A stretch of DNA of 53,815 bases, the filler included, from Catajapyx aquilonaris (Eukaryota), in the NCBI GenBank assembly GCA_000934665.2. It is 3 parts of 3 records of this genome, joined end to end, with 100 filler letters (N's around TTAATTAATTAA, not from the genome) between each part and the next. Parts side by side here need not be neighbours in the genome. Positions count along the whole stretch, not along the records: positions 35,953 to 53,815 come from KZ539603.1; 2 more parts are not named here. The stretch is one strand, 5' to 3'. The translations under genes were made by a program, and so were the position numbers. The notes below the pieces were generated by a model, which saw nothing but the letters and a program-made list of their open reading frames with translations, was not told where the DNA came from and searched no databases. Shown here one piece after another: positions 38,018 to 49,635 of this stretch. Positions within the stretch are counted from its first letter, which is position 1, and the number at the start of each line of letters is the position of its first letter.

Positions 38018-38669
38018 CTGCCAAGGTTAATGTTAGAACAGTTTCAGAGAATATCAAAGGCTTAAGTGGCACAGTAGGGTTCATGTCAACCTTCAGAGAT
38101 CACATCACAAGCAAAAGGAAGGCACAGGTTGACAAAATATTGCATGAAATCATGTTCATCACAAAGGACGTCCTGTACAACAAAGTCTGCTCTCAAGGGT
38201 GGCACTGTGATGTATTGGTTAGCACTACAGCCTTTCACCTCACAGGTCCCAAGTTTGATCTCCAGATCGAATTAAGGATCTTCTTAAGGGGAAAAAGTTT
38301 TTATGGGCTGTTGGAAATGCAATTTTTACCTCAATTCAAGCTTTGCAATTTCTCTGAGGTGAGTCTATTTATTTATTTATTTTATCTATTTATTTGTATA
38401 ACCCCATGAGGAATTGCCCTTTTACGAGGTCCCACTCCAAGGTGAAAATAACATAATTAGATATACAGTGTACAGAAAGAACACTAACTAGGGGGCTACA
38501 ATTACAGGGGTACAGTACATAAGCTATTTAAAGCCATGTTGCGCATTGAGAGAAAACTAAACTGAGCTGGGGTAAGGTGAGTTTACACAATGGCAAGAAG
38601 GAGAATTAACTTTAATCACACAGTACAAACATCTTAGCAACCTTTTCAAAAAAATCGTTGAATTGAAAG

Positions 38670-39365
38670 GCTTTTGATAAAGAGTTTTTTATTTAATTTA
38701 TTTTTATTTTTGCTACCCTGTGCTAGAGCCATTGGCTCTCTTAGTGGGGTGGGACACCACCATATTTTCTGTATTATTTTCCATTTTTCTCTTCGAACAC
38801 CGGTGCAGGGAATCAAGGACATTGGGTAAGGATTGGGATTTTTGGGGAGGGGACACAGGTGCAAGTGCATTGTCACAAGTGTGAGTCACGTGCAGTCCCG
38901 CAGGAGGTTAGGTTGCCAGACACCTCCAAGGTGCAGGTCAGAGACCCTCCCGACGCAGGTGGAAGGGAACTCCCAGGCGGGGATCGAACCTGGGACCTTT
39001 CACTCAGATAGCCGATACGTTACTATCTCGGCCACCACACCTCCCCCTTTTGACAAAGAGTTAAATAGGAGGTGAATCTGGTCAGACGTGAATCTGGGTA
39101 TGTTAAACATAAAAGATTTACATGTAGTGCAAAAAATGGGACAAGTGAAGATCAGGTGGAAAAGAGAGCAAGGTCCTTTTAAACTGCACTGTGTGCAGTC
39201 ACTTTTGGTATTGAAGTGGATCATAAGGCCCAGTATAGAAATGCTAGGCGAGAGGTGATGTAGGTTCACCAAGAGTGTGGTGATTTTAATCGTGGTCAAC
39301 AGAGATAAGTAGTGAGCTGGAGCGAGAAAGGTGTAGAGGTCTCGGAAATATGAGTAGCGGGAAGA
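38670..39365 (-). mobile_element. Decayed 3' end of a non-LTR retrotransposon (I/Jockey-group-like), interrupted by SINE A
   Basis: CCHC-like CTQC...HLIFTCP in ORF 39000..39299- and an A-rich tail near 38685-38710. Confidence 0.5.
38801..39047 (-). mobile_element. tRNA-derived SINE family A
   Basis: Head GGAGGTGTGGTGGCCGAG..GGTTCGATCCCCGCC. Body shared with 44426-44674. Confidence 0.85.
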
Positions 39366-39975
39366 CTTATAGAGTCTAAAAAATCACAATATTTTTTGCA
39401 ATATGGTGGTGGAAGAAGTGTCTACTAAATACCATTCCTCTACATCTACCAATAACAGGCTTGTGATACCCAGTTAACTCTAGGGGTCAGAGTGGGAATT
39501 TTTAAAGCACATAACTCTGTAAAGAAGCCTATCTTTATATCCAGCGACGAAAGGTGTTAAAAACTTAAAAATAACTGTCACAATCACACTACAATGTTCC
39601 TCATTGTTTTGTTGTAAAAAACTCCATTATGGACATTTGCCTACTCATAGATCGGCTCTCACTCTTAATAAAGGATTCAATTGTCACAATCGAGTCAAAC
39701 CCTTCTTTCGGTAGAATGAGATCAGGAAAGAGCCTTTCTGTACATGTGGCCTACTCTCAACCCTTCAGCTGGGAAATGAGACAATTTTCTGTACTCGCCA
39801 ACATGAACTTTGACTTAGGGAGACTGAAAATGCATTGATGTCCCATCGTAAGGCCCTGCCTGCACTTCAAGTTATGGAGAACTTACAAGTTACAGATATT
39901 CGAGTTAGGGAAGTTTATTTCCTATTTTACATTGTGATCAACCAAGTTCATAATTTTCTTTGACTTATAGAGAAC

Positions 39976-39977
<2 letters not shown>

Positions 39978-40021
<44 letters not shown>

Positions 40022-40288
40022 ACCCCGTGATAGGGCGGAGCCCTTATAGGGGGGAAGGGGAGGTTCCCGAGGGAGGGTGCTGTAATAATAGTTATTTCTG
40101 ACTTTGTGAAATACACCAGACCTTTTCTCCTGGCCCTGGGAAGAGTAGGGAGTGCAATTCTGCCCCGAAATGTCGGGTGAAAAGCAGAAAAAGACCCGGC
40201 CAAGCAGAGGTGACGGGGACGGGATTTGAACCCCGGCCTCCTGCTTGGCTGGCCAGTGGCATAACCACCAGACCACCATGCCTCCCCT
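39978..40288 (-). mobile_element. tRNA-derived SINE family B, full length
   Basis: 15-bp TSD ACTTATAGAGAACTT (39963-39977, 40289-40303), A/B boxes and a (TAA)n tail. Confidence 0.92.
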
Positions 40289-40897
40289 ACTTATAGAGAA
40301 CTTCGACTTAGGGAAGTTCGACTTATATAAGTTTTACTGTAGTTAGCTGTATTTTGAGGTAGAGTAGCACAAGGGTGTTGGGAAATTAAGTCAGGACATG
40401 AGGATGATTTTAATGAGTTTAGAACACGCTAGGTCCAATTTGGCCAATGTCAAAGAAGTGACCAGGATTGGATGGGACAATGAGGGATACAGATAAGAAG
40501 GGCAGAGGTGGAGAGATGACAGGAGATGAGATAGACGGGATAAAGAGACAAGGTGCTGCACAGGTGAGTCTAACATACCATACCACAACCTGCTCTTGAA
40601 TATAATTTAAAAAAAAAAAAGTTGTCATGCCACCTCACTCTTTTTCCATTACTCTCTTCCATGCATCCTCCCTTTTTGGCCTCGACTAAACATGGCAGTA
40701 TCTATGCCATAAATGCACACAATGCATGCACACATGGCATAATTCACCTTCATACTTCATCAGCTTATATTTCACACAGTTTCATAGATTTAGACTGCAT
40801 GCATTAGTTTTTGGAAAGTTACACTGTTCTCTCTCCCACCAACACACCCATGTGCCTTCCTTTGCTCACAATGGTACAAACAGCCATAGTAACATAC

Positions 40898-40996
40898 AGG
40901 TGCTCTTTGAACGGCAATTTTGTTCCACTGCTCCCCACTGCTCGACTCTCCAGCCTTGACTGTGAATCCGCCAATGTCTCACGAGGAACCTTTTCT
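40898..40996 (-). CDS. POLR2M: Gdown1/GRINL1A internal exon (99 nt, phase 2-2)
   Basis: Acceptor gctgcAG after a 69-nt intron, donor GTatgt. Reads EKVPRETLADSQSRLESRAVGSSGTKLPFKEHL and is phase-compatible with both neighbours. Confidence 0.6.
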
Positions 40997-41065
40997 CTGC
41001 AGCATAAGACAAAAAATGTAAGAAAATCATGTAAATACGTGGAGGATTGGTAAACTGGCACTCAC

Positions 41066-41356
41066 CCATTTACGTAAAACTCCTTTGCTCCATGAGATCC
41101 ATGTGAGGCCAGGATACGAAATATTTTGGATTCCTCACTGGTGTCTTGTTTCACCTCTTCCAGTGGCACCGATTCTGCGCTCTCTTTGTGCAACCCCCAT
41201 TCAAACTGCTCTACATCATACACACTGCCATTCTTTGTTGCTTTTTCTGTCTTTTGAATTTCTACTTGCTTCAAGATCAACGCAAGCTCTTCATCCAACT
41301 TCTCCTTTTTCTGAAGCACTTTTATCCCTTTATCAGGTAGTTTATCCAAAAACTTC
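41066..41356 (-). CDS. POLR2M: Gdown1/GRINL1A internal exon carrying the LPDKG motif
   Basis: Acceptor ttttgcAG, donor GTGAGT. Reads KFLDKLPDKGIKVLQKKEKLDEEL; KF..KLPDKG is the conserved N-terminal signature of the Pol II negative regulator Gdown1. Confidence 0.8.
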
Positions 41357-42472
41357 CTGCAAAAGTTCAAGAATTCTGTTAGGTAAGATAATATGACACA
41401 GGACCACATCACTGCACTATCTATCATCTACCAGAATTTGAATTGAAATCATCGGAATTGAGGAAAACCTGATGATATGCAACTGTAATCATTGCTACCA
41501 GACTTTAATAGTAACACAGTTGCAGACCTTTATTGAAAATATATTTTTATAATGAAATACATTAATAACTGTGACAGAACTGACCTTCACACCATTTGAT
41601 TTGAAAGCTTACAATTAAGCTTTTCATACTGCCATACAATAAGACTACATGCTGGTCACAGGGTACACACCTTCTGAAAGCTTTGAGAGGAAAGCTGTGT
41701 ACAGTGTTCATCCTGAGCTTTGCAAAGCCTGGGGACTGCCTTGGGAGTTGAACCCTATGGCTCTCAAGGTAAGAAAATCATACATGTGCTACTATTGAAA
41801 GTTTTGTATGTGTCAGATGGGAATAACCAAAGTGAAGCACTAAGGTGTTTTGCATTTAGCTCATACGTTGAGGTGGCCGCAAATTTTTGGCGTTTTTGAG
41901 CTGACACTGCCATTACAATCTTCATAAAAAGGAGCATCTACTGAGCCAAAGAAGCAGGTTGAAATAATTTTTTCTGGACCATAACAAGAGGATGAAATCA
42001 GTGAAATAAGCCAAACAAGGCTATCTTCGTCAACGTGATCAGCCAGTCTGCTATTTTCGCCCGGTTATAGTATTGCATCGTTCCAGATGGAGGACTCATG
42101 TGTTTTTCCTATGGTTTTCTCCACAAATGCATTTCTGCCAATGACGGTGACACTGCTGGGGGTATAGGAAGAGTATATTATGCTCTCAATTATCTGGGTT
42201 CAGATTATCCGTGCACAACCAAAAATAAAAGTTCAAATTAAAAGTCTGAAAAAATGTCGGTAGACACTGTACTCCCGATTATCCGGGCTAATGACTGCAC
42301 GAGTGTTGGCGGATAATCGGAAAACACAGGTAATCGTAAAATGGTCATAAATACCGTAAAAATGACCTATTCGCAGGTGTATGTATGTATGCAGTTTTCT
42401 CTCATGTTTAATCAAAACAATGAAATTTACGGTATCAAGAGTTTTCGCCCACGCAGTTTCGCCCCCTTTATA

Positions 42473-42896
42473 CAGGGTGTATCTGAACTCAGTGCCAAAA
42501 CGTATATGACTGCCTTCCTAGCCACCAGAGGATTGATTTAAGTATAGGAGTCATATGTCTGGGCAGCCTCATTACGGAGATAATTGGCCGCAAACATGTA
42601 GTACAAAATATCCTGTCGGTTAGGCCACCCATCGAACCCTCCCCCAGTCAGAAGGCTCTGGAAGGTCTGGGGGCGGGACTTTGTTGGTGTGTTGCCCACA
42701 GGTGGTAAGGCCTCTTTGGCTAGTTACACCAGAAAATTCTATTTAAAAGTCAGAAGGAGCGATGAGGCAAAAATCGCTAAAGAGTGTATCTCCGTAATGC
42801 GGCGGCCAAACATAATGATTCCTATACTTAAATCGATCCTCTGGTGGCTAGGAAGGCAGTCATATACGTCGGGGCACTGAGTTCAGATACACCCTG
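42473..42896. mobile_element. Tc1/mariner-type MITE (family M1), copy 2
   Basis: TA|CAGGGTGTATCTGAACTCAGTGCC ... GTTCAGATACACCCTG|TA. Confidence 0.9.
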
Positions 42897-43494
42897 TATA
42901 TTTCCCTCGGAGGTATTGAGCTGGGCTGCTCTACAGTCATGCTTCAGACTGACATCAAAACATGACATGCGTAAGTCAACAATGAAAATTCTGGAGGTTG
43001 GAAACAAAATAAACAAACAGTTTCGAATGTATTAATATTAGGAACTCTCCTAGGCATGCATCCACTGAAGATAGGGCTGTATCTCCAAGGAAGGAAGGTT
43101 AGGTTAGATTGGTACAGCGTACCCCTTCCTCTGCCACATGAAGCACTGAAAATATAAACACGCTTGCCCTTCACCTGCGGGCTTCCGTACACTAACAAGA
43201 GAACCATATGCAACATAGGTCATAATTTGCAATTACAATATTGTTTCTGTCAATAAAATGCATCATTTTGCAAAAACTGCACAAATTTTCTATTATTTCC
43301 AGTACTAAGCACTAAGAGTCCAAAATGCTGCTGAGATGTACACGGCAGGGGAGAAATTGTCATGGGGGCGAAAACTCCGGGAGGTGAAATTTACCATAGA
43401 TTTTTAGTTTGGCTTCTAGAAAAAGGCTCATATTTCTTTGATTGCAAGACACATTGACATTTTTTCTGACTTTCATTTTTAATTTTTCTATTCT

Positions 43495-44425
43495 TCCTCC
43501 ATCAGCATGGCCCTGCACGCAGGGCCCGCGAAAAAGGAATAGTGGGTTATCGCTATGCTCCCAATGTTAATTTTCCGACTTCATAACTCGCGATCGGTTA
43601 ATCGATTTCAAATCGGAAACAAGATTTACACTCCGCTCACTCCAGTTACCAACTTTAGATTGATAAACCACAACTGGGGCCATTACCGGGGTCACTCGAC
43701 GGGGTCAAAGTTCAAAAAAGTGTCGTTACGTCGACAAGGGTACAGCCGAAACGGTGCGTTGTAGATGGTCATACAATGTGCCATTAGAACCGCAATGTTC
43801 CCAAGAGGTGCCCTTCTGCCTACCGGTTTTTGAAATAAAACCTTTACTTTTTGAGTTACGACGTGATTTCAATCGTGTCAGTTTTGTGGCTGTCGCTTTC
43901 TTTCTGCACCACAGAGAAACTCATCGTGCCCCGTGTACTCGTCTGAGAGTCGATGCAGAGAGGCTCTTAATAATTTTAAAATGTCCCCATTTGTTTGCTC
44001 AATGCCTCTCAGCATCAACATCCAATGTTGATCTCTCAACCTAAAGGGGGAAAAGAGGGAGGAATCGTCCCCCCCCCCCCCCCCCCCNCTCTTGGTTGAG
44101 TTGTATGGCGGATGTATTAGTCTGCCGGTTAACAACAACGGTTCAATGTGGCTTCCAAGATTAGACAAATGCGCAAATTCAAGTCTCAACACCAGAGAAA
44201 CAGTGCCGCGGCTGCGATAAGTGACGTTCAAGATGTCATCAGTGACCCTTCAGTGCCCTCGGAAAGTACGGCAACAAGACAGACACCCCTACAAAAAGCC
44301 TTTCTCCGTAACATAAATCAGGCCGCGAATCACCATTACGAGGTCTGTGACCGATTGTTGTACAAGAAGGGTCACAGGAGAATCGCAGTTACAGGTGCAA
44401 TGCTGAAAATCATGGGAGAATCTCC
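43495..44425 (+). mobile_element. Possible Helitron/Helentron remnant
   Basis: GC hairpin GGCCCTGC-AC-GCAGGGCC at ~43509-43526. ORF 44148..44450 contains AF..NI..A..HH(Y/C)EVCDRLLY, resembling the Cys motif upstream of Helentron Rep domains. Confidence 0.35.
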
Positions 44426-44674
44426 GTGCAAGGGCTGGTTCAGGATATAGGGTAGGGAAAGGGATTGTTGGGGAGGGGACACTTGTGCAGGTGCATTGTC
44501 TAGGTTTTTGGGCCATGTGCAGTCCCCCAGGAGGTTAGGTTGCCAGACACCTCCTTGGTGCAGGTCAGAGACCCTCCCGACGCAGGTGAAAGGAAGTTCC
44601 CCAGGCGGGGATCGAACCTGGGGCCTTTCACTCAGCAAGCCGTGACGTTACCATCACGGCCACCACACCTCCCC
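44426..44674 (-). mobile_element. tRNA-derived SINE family A
   Basis: Near-identical to 38801-39047. Confidence 0.85.
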
Positions 44675-45314
44675 TCCACATTTTAAATATTTATAAGTCA
44701 TTACTTTGATACGATTTTTGATGCAAAAAAGAGACACGCTCTTTTGCATGTAGTTGAAGTGAAGTGAAAGTTTGTGAGAACTCCACTTACTTTAAAGTCA
44801 TACACTAGGTTGGTGCATTTGAGCCTTAGGGCCAGGAAGAACAGCCGCAGCAACATAGTAACTAGCTGTGTATGTGTAAATAAATTGTGTGACAGTTAAA
44901 TAATGTGAATTTGGTACAATAAAACTGATTACATACGGTACTTCAATGTCATTATATATGCGGGCGCTAATGTAATCCCATTGTGCATAAAAATGTATTA
45001 TTTGTGGCAGTTAACACGTCATAACTTTTGAAAATATGGGCCTCAGCCCGAAATGACTTCAATTTTGGTTATCGTAACATGCTGTCACCTGTCCCCCCCC
45101 CCCCCACAAAAAAAAAAAAAAAAAAACNNNNNNNNNNNNNNNNNNNNNNNNNNNNNNNNNNNNNNNNNNNNNNNNNNNNNNNNNNNNNNNNNNNNNNNNN
45201 NNNNNNNNNNNNNNNNNNNNNNNNNNNNNNNNNNNNNNNNNNNNNNNNNNNNNNNNNNNNNNNNNNNNNNNNNNNNNNNNNNNNNNNNNNNNNNNNNNNN
45301 NNNCCCCCCCCTGG

Positions 45315-45356
45315 TGACGTCAGTGGTCACGTGATGGAGGGGTATTGGGTATAAAG
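45315..45356 (+). promoter_or_regulatory. CRE (TGACGTCA), E-box (TCACGTGA) and TATA (TATAAAG) cluster upstream of the tRNA-like gene
   Basis: Perfect motifs at 45315-45322, 45327-45334 and 45350-45356. The TATA is 38 nt before the predicted mature 5' end. Confidence 0.45.
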
Positions 45357-45387
45357 CACCTCAAAAGGAGAGGCCCCACAGGACGGT

Positions 45388-45524
45388 AGTGCGATAGCTC
45401 AGTTGGTTAGAGCGTGAGGCCTTAATTCCTGTAGGTTGTCCCAGCATAGCGCTAGCATGTAGCGCCCGAAGCAGGACAAGTGAGGGGTGATCTCAAGTCG
45501 GCGGTTCGAATCCGTCTCGCACTA
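45388..45524 (+). tRNA. Intron-containing tRNA-like gene, anticodon TTA as folded (suppressor-like; intron 45426-45489)
   Basis: Acceptor AGTGCGA/TCGCACT plus A73; D-arm GCTC-AGTTGGTTA-GAGC; anticodon stem TGAGG/TCTCA; loop CC-TTA-A^A; T-arm GGCGG-TTCGAAT-CCGTC; T6 terminator at 45527. Confidence 0.7.
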
Positions 45525-45802
45525 TCTTTTTTATTTTTTTATTTATTTTACCTATTCGTTTTTTCTGTTTAGTTTTGTCCCGCTCCCGCGCCATGCCATC
45601 CATTGTGGTGAATCCGGGTTCGAATCCCATGTGGGTACTTTTTTTTTCTCTCTTTCTCATTTGCATCAAGCAGGTGCGACATGTAGGCATACTAATACTT
45701 AAGCTCCAGGTCAAGTGAAATGGGTATTTATTTATTTTCTTACTATTTTTTTTATAGTTTACGCACACTTTCGGGTTTTTGTGGAGTAGGTACAGTACAA
45801 TA

Positions 45803-46900
45803 CGCTGTACTCCACATTATCTGGGTGTGGATTATCCGTGCGTCGCCTAAAAATAGGATTAAAAATTAAAGTCTGAAAAAATGTCAATTGTCTTGTAAAC
45901 GAAGAAACATTTAACAGACTGTTTCTAGGAGAAAAACTGAAAATCTATGGTAATATTTTACATTATTTTGATTAAACTACCCTACTGTATGTTACAGTAG
46001 TACTGTGTACATTAAAAACCACTAACTAGCTCGTTTTACGGTATCTAGGGCCATTTAAGGATTATCCGCGGCGACACCCGTGCGTCATCGTGGTCCTTTT
46101 AATACCTATTACGGTATGTATTATCCATGGAGTTTTAAATGCAGTTGACTCCGGTTATAACAGCCTCAGTTATAACGGACTTTCGGTTATAATGGACTCC
46201 AAGGGCCGGTCCCGGCAAACTTCCATAAAGCTCGCTTGGTATTTTTCTGTGTATTTTTACTCCAGATATAACAGACCCATTTTCACCTCACCTCGGGTAT
46301 AACATACCATTTCTTGGCCCCTCGGAGGGAAAATATGCTGCTTTTGATTATTCAACTGCCTTTCCCACCTGCAGGAAGGTAGAGCATGTCACTGACCTAA
46401 ATACTCAAAATCATACTTTTTCTGGTATATTGCCAACAAGGAGACTGCAGAAGAAAAAAAAAGGCAGTAAAACAGCCGAAAACTATTTTTCCTCTGGGTG
46501 AGAGTAAAAGTAAGAAACAAGTCCATAGGTGGGGGTTGGTTCGTGTCATGAGGATGTGTGATAAGTAAATTTAATTCAAAACATTCATGCTTTGGGGCTG
46601 GGAAGAATTAGGCAGAGTATGAGAGTACATAAAAGTACATAAGTACATAAAGTACATAAGAGTACATAAAAGCGATATCTGCCTAATTATTCCCAGCCCC
46701 AAAACACCAATGTTTTGAATTAAATTTAATTATCACACATCCCCATGACACGAACCAACCCCCACCTATGGACTTTATTCTTACTTTAATCTCACCCAGA
46801 GGAAGAATAGTTTTTGGCAGTGTTACTGCCTATTTTTTATTTGTTGGAGATGCGAGATGGACGGATAATAAACCGCACCCGGATAATCAGGAGTAGAGTG
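45803..46900. mobile_element. Old TA-flanked Tc1/pogo-like MITE with nested insertions (related fragments at ~42180-42440 and ~46905-47145)
   Basis: TA|CGCTGTACTCCACATTATCTGGGTG ... CACCCGGATAATCAGGAGTAGAGTG|TA. Confidence 0.5.
46462..46831. mobile_element. Palindromic MITE with ~155-bp arms and a central AGTACATAA x5 array
   Basis: AGGCAGTAA...TTAGGCAGA / TCTGCCTAA...TTACTGCCT. Confidence 0.8.
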
Positions 46901-47960
46901 TATCTCTCAAACAAACAAATGTAGCAGACTTTATTCAGAAGACCAACTAAAAATCTATGGTAAGTTTTTTATTGTGATTAAACTTAATTAGAGGCATACA
47001 CTATGTACAGTAGTTCTTTAAAAATATAGGAATAGCTCGTTTTATGGTATATATGATTCTTTTCGGATTATTCGTGTTTTCCAATTATCTGGGCACACCT
47101 GCGAATTCATTAGCATGGATGATGATAATAAGGAGTAGAGTGCATTTGGTGCAATTTTCCTACTTCAGGAAAGTCATATTTTCGTTCAAAACCTATGCAT
47201 AGCAACAGGAAAAGTCAAAGTCAACTATCTTCAAATATTCACTATGCTCTAGGTCAAAAGGTCTGATTTTGGTGAATTCCACCAATCATGCCAGGTACCT
47301 AAGCTCTTGATTATGGCAGGATCACAATAAATTTTCTGCTACACAACTAATAAAGTGGCATTTTCTCGGAATGGGGTTCGGCAAAAATAGCAGCTTTTGG
47401 CTGCCCACTCCTCATACGTGAAGGACCACTGTAATGCAGATGCTCTCAAATCCCATCTGCTTTACCTTCATCCTGACCTTGTAATGCAGCATTTTTGACG
47501 TTTTTCTGGTTTATTGCATCTCAAGATCTTGAGAAACTGAAGGGGAAGTGGGAAAATGAAGAAAACCATATTTTGGGGATGAGTCGAGAACTAATCTTGA
47601 TACATGACCTGAATCTTATCAAAATGTTTTCAAAAAGGTACAGTTAAAAATTAAATTAAATTGCCTTTAAACGATAAATCATTAAAATGATTGGTAATAA
47701 TTTTTGGTGGCACCCTGATTCGGATTCAGTGCTAGTGATTGCACCTGTAGTGACAGTCCTTATTAGCACAAGAAGGGTTACTGAGAAAAAGATAAATACA
47801 GGAGTCATTGATAGAGTATATCCACAAGTTATTAAATTTTTTTATTACTGAGTCAAGCATCCAGCCTTGGCATATTAAAGGCAGGGGTCACATTTCATGG
47901 CCATGTTCCTGTGCAGTTTGATTCGAGTATGAAAAAATTACATAATTATGTAGAAATGTA

Positions 47961-48935
47961 CAGCCTGGGTTAGACAAAATAACGGGCCCCCCTGCAAAAA
48001 GCAGGTGAATTTTCTCCTCCATTGTACTCGAAAACTGGAACGGTTACAGAGATGACCTTTACTGAATTGTGAAGCTCTGTCGATGTACATTTACAGACAT
48101 GAAGATTATACAAAGATCACAAAAGGAGGGGGAGACACAAAAGACGAACGCTACACCCCCAGACCCCATTTTTGACCAAAGTGTCCCACCCTTTTAATGG
48201 GAAAACGAAAACAGTCCCAAGGTTGTGGGTTCGAACCCGGTCGAGGTCGGTGACTTTTCTCCGGGTGGTAGAAAAGTGAGAGTGCACCTTCCTTAGGAGG
48301 GGAAGTAAAGCCTTCGGTCCCGTGTGCTTGTGACATTGTGCGAGTGACCGTTAAAGATCCCCAGAGTGGCCAAATTTCCAGGAGGAGGACCACCCCCTGG
48401 CGTCGGTGTTGAGCCTTAGCGGCAGAAATAGGCTGACGTTAAGCCCACTGAACAGTTACTACTAACTTAACAGTACCATATTTGGCACTGGTACTGCTAA
48501 GTTAGCGTTACCTAGCAGTGGGACGAAAAATTTGCGTTGTTTTCGTTCAAGCAGTTCTGGGGAAGGGGAGTGCCGTTTCTATTTTTCCTCCCGCCCCCCA
48601 TCGGTAATTTTGGTACACCTCTATTCCACACAAGTGACATCGATAGAGCTTCAAAACCCAGTAAAGTTCATATCTGTAACTATTTTTGTTTTCAAATGAA
48701 AAGAGTGGGATGCTTTGGTCAAAAATGGAGTCTGGGGGGGTAGCGTTCGTCTTTTGTTTCTCCCCCTCCTCTTGTGATTTTTGTGTCATCTTCATGTCTG
48801 TAAAATAAATGTACATCGACAGAGCTTCAAAAATCAGTAAAGGTCATCTCTGTAACCTTCCCAGTTTTCGAGTACAATGGGGGAGAAAATTCACCCGCTT
48901 TTTGCAGGGGGGCCCATTACTTTGTCTAACCCCTG
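47961..48935. mobile_element. Tc1-like MITE with ~250-bp TIRs
   Basis: TA|CAG(CCT)GGGTTAGACAAA ... TTTGTCTAACCCCTG|TA. Arms 47961-48215 and ~48678-48935. Confidence 0.85.
48216..48451 (+). mobile_element. 5'-truncated tRNA SINE with a Deu/Nin-like central domain
   Basis: B box GGTTCGAACCC; motifs GGGAAGTAAAGCC.TCGGTCCC and CGTTAAAGATCCCC; AACAGT on both sides. Confidence 0.55.
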
Positions 48936-48949
48936 TATATTGGAGTAAT

Positions 48950-49234
48950 AATAATAATAATTCATACCCCGTTATCAGCCATCGGCTCTTTAGGGGGGAA
49001 GTTTGTTTTGTCTGGAACTCTTTGCTTTTCATTTTACTGCGCTCGTTGGGATAGGATAGGGACGAAAGGAAGCGGCTGTGGCCTATTAATTGCGGAAGCA
49101 ACTCCGGAATTTTCCTGGAAGGACCGTGGGAAACCACAGAAAACCACGGTCAGAGTTGCCGGCCCCGGGATTCGAACCCAGGACCTCCCGATTAGCAGTC
49201 GGACGCCTTATCCACTATGCCAACCTGCTTCGGT
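48950..49234 (-). mobile_element. tRNA-derived SINE family C, full length
   Basis: 16-bp TSD TGTATATTGGAGTAAT (48934-48949, 49235-49250); A box TGGCATAGTGG; B box GGTTCGAATCC. Confidence 0.9.
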
Positions 49235-49635
49235 TGTATATTGGAGTAATTCCATACACCTTTTTTCAAGCCAATATCTGGTCGTGAGTGGCAAAACTCA
49301 CGAACAGATAAAATATCCAAATTCATTGCATTACATTTGACTGTCATTTTGAGGTTAACACAAACTCACATGAGAAAAATTGTTATGGGCAGATAGCCCA
49401 TGTCTTTCCATGCATGACATCACCATTGAGAAGGTTTATTGGACCTCCAAGTAAAATTGTCATTTTTTTCCCTTATGTGCATTACAGTACACCCCCAGGC
49501 TGACCCAGGAGACAAGGGATATTAGTATGACTGTTACCAACTAGAGTGGAAAAACAGTTACCATTACAAAGCACACTAATAAAGAATAGTATCAAGGAAA
49601 GGGACTCACTCAGTAGGATTTTGATGAAAAATGTA

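Noticed and set aside
38975..39047. SINE heads (families A, B, C) as genuine tRNA genes
   Set aside because: They lack complete acceptor stems and continue into shared SINE bodies with tails and, for B and C, TSDs.
39640..39823. Possible extra Gdown1 exon after a ttttcAG acceptor (minus strand)
   Set aside because: All three frames reach stops without a convincing donor site.
47478..47536. Candidate upstream Gdown1 exon (FLKILRCNKPEKRQKCCITR, minus strand, phase-compatible)
   Set aside because: The acceptor is strong, but similarity to the expected L..RQ.KLL.N pattern is weak, so it is not supportable without RNA data.
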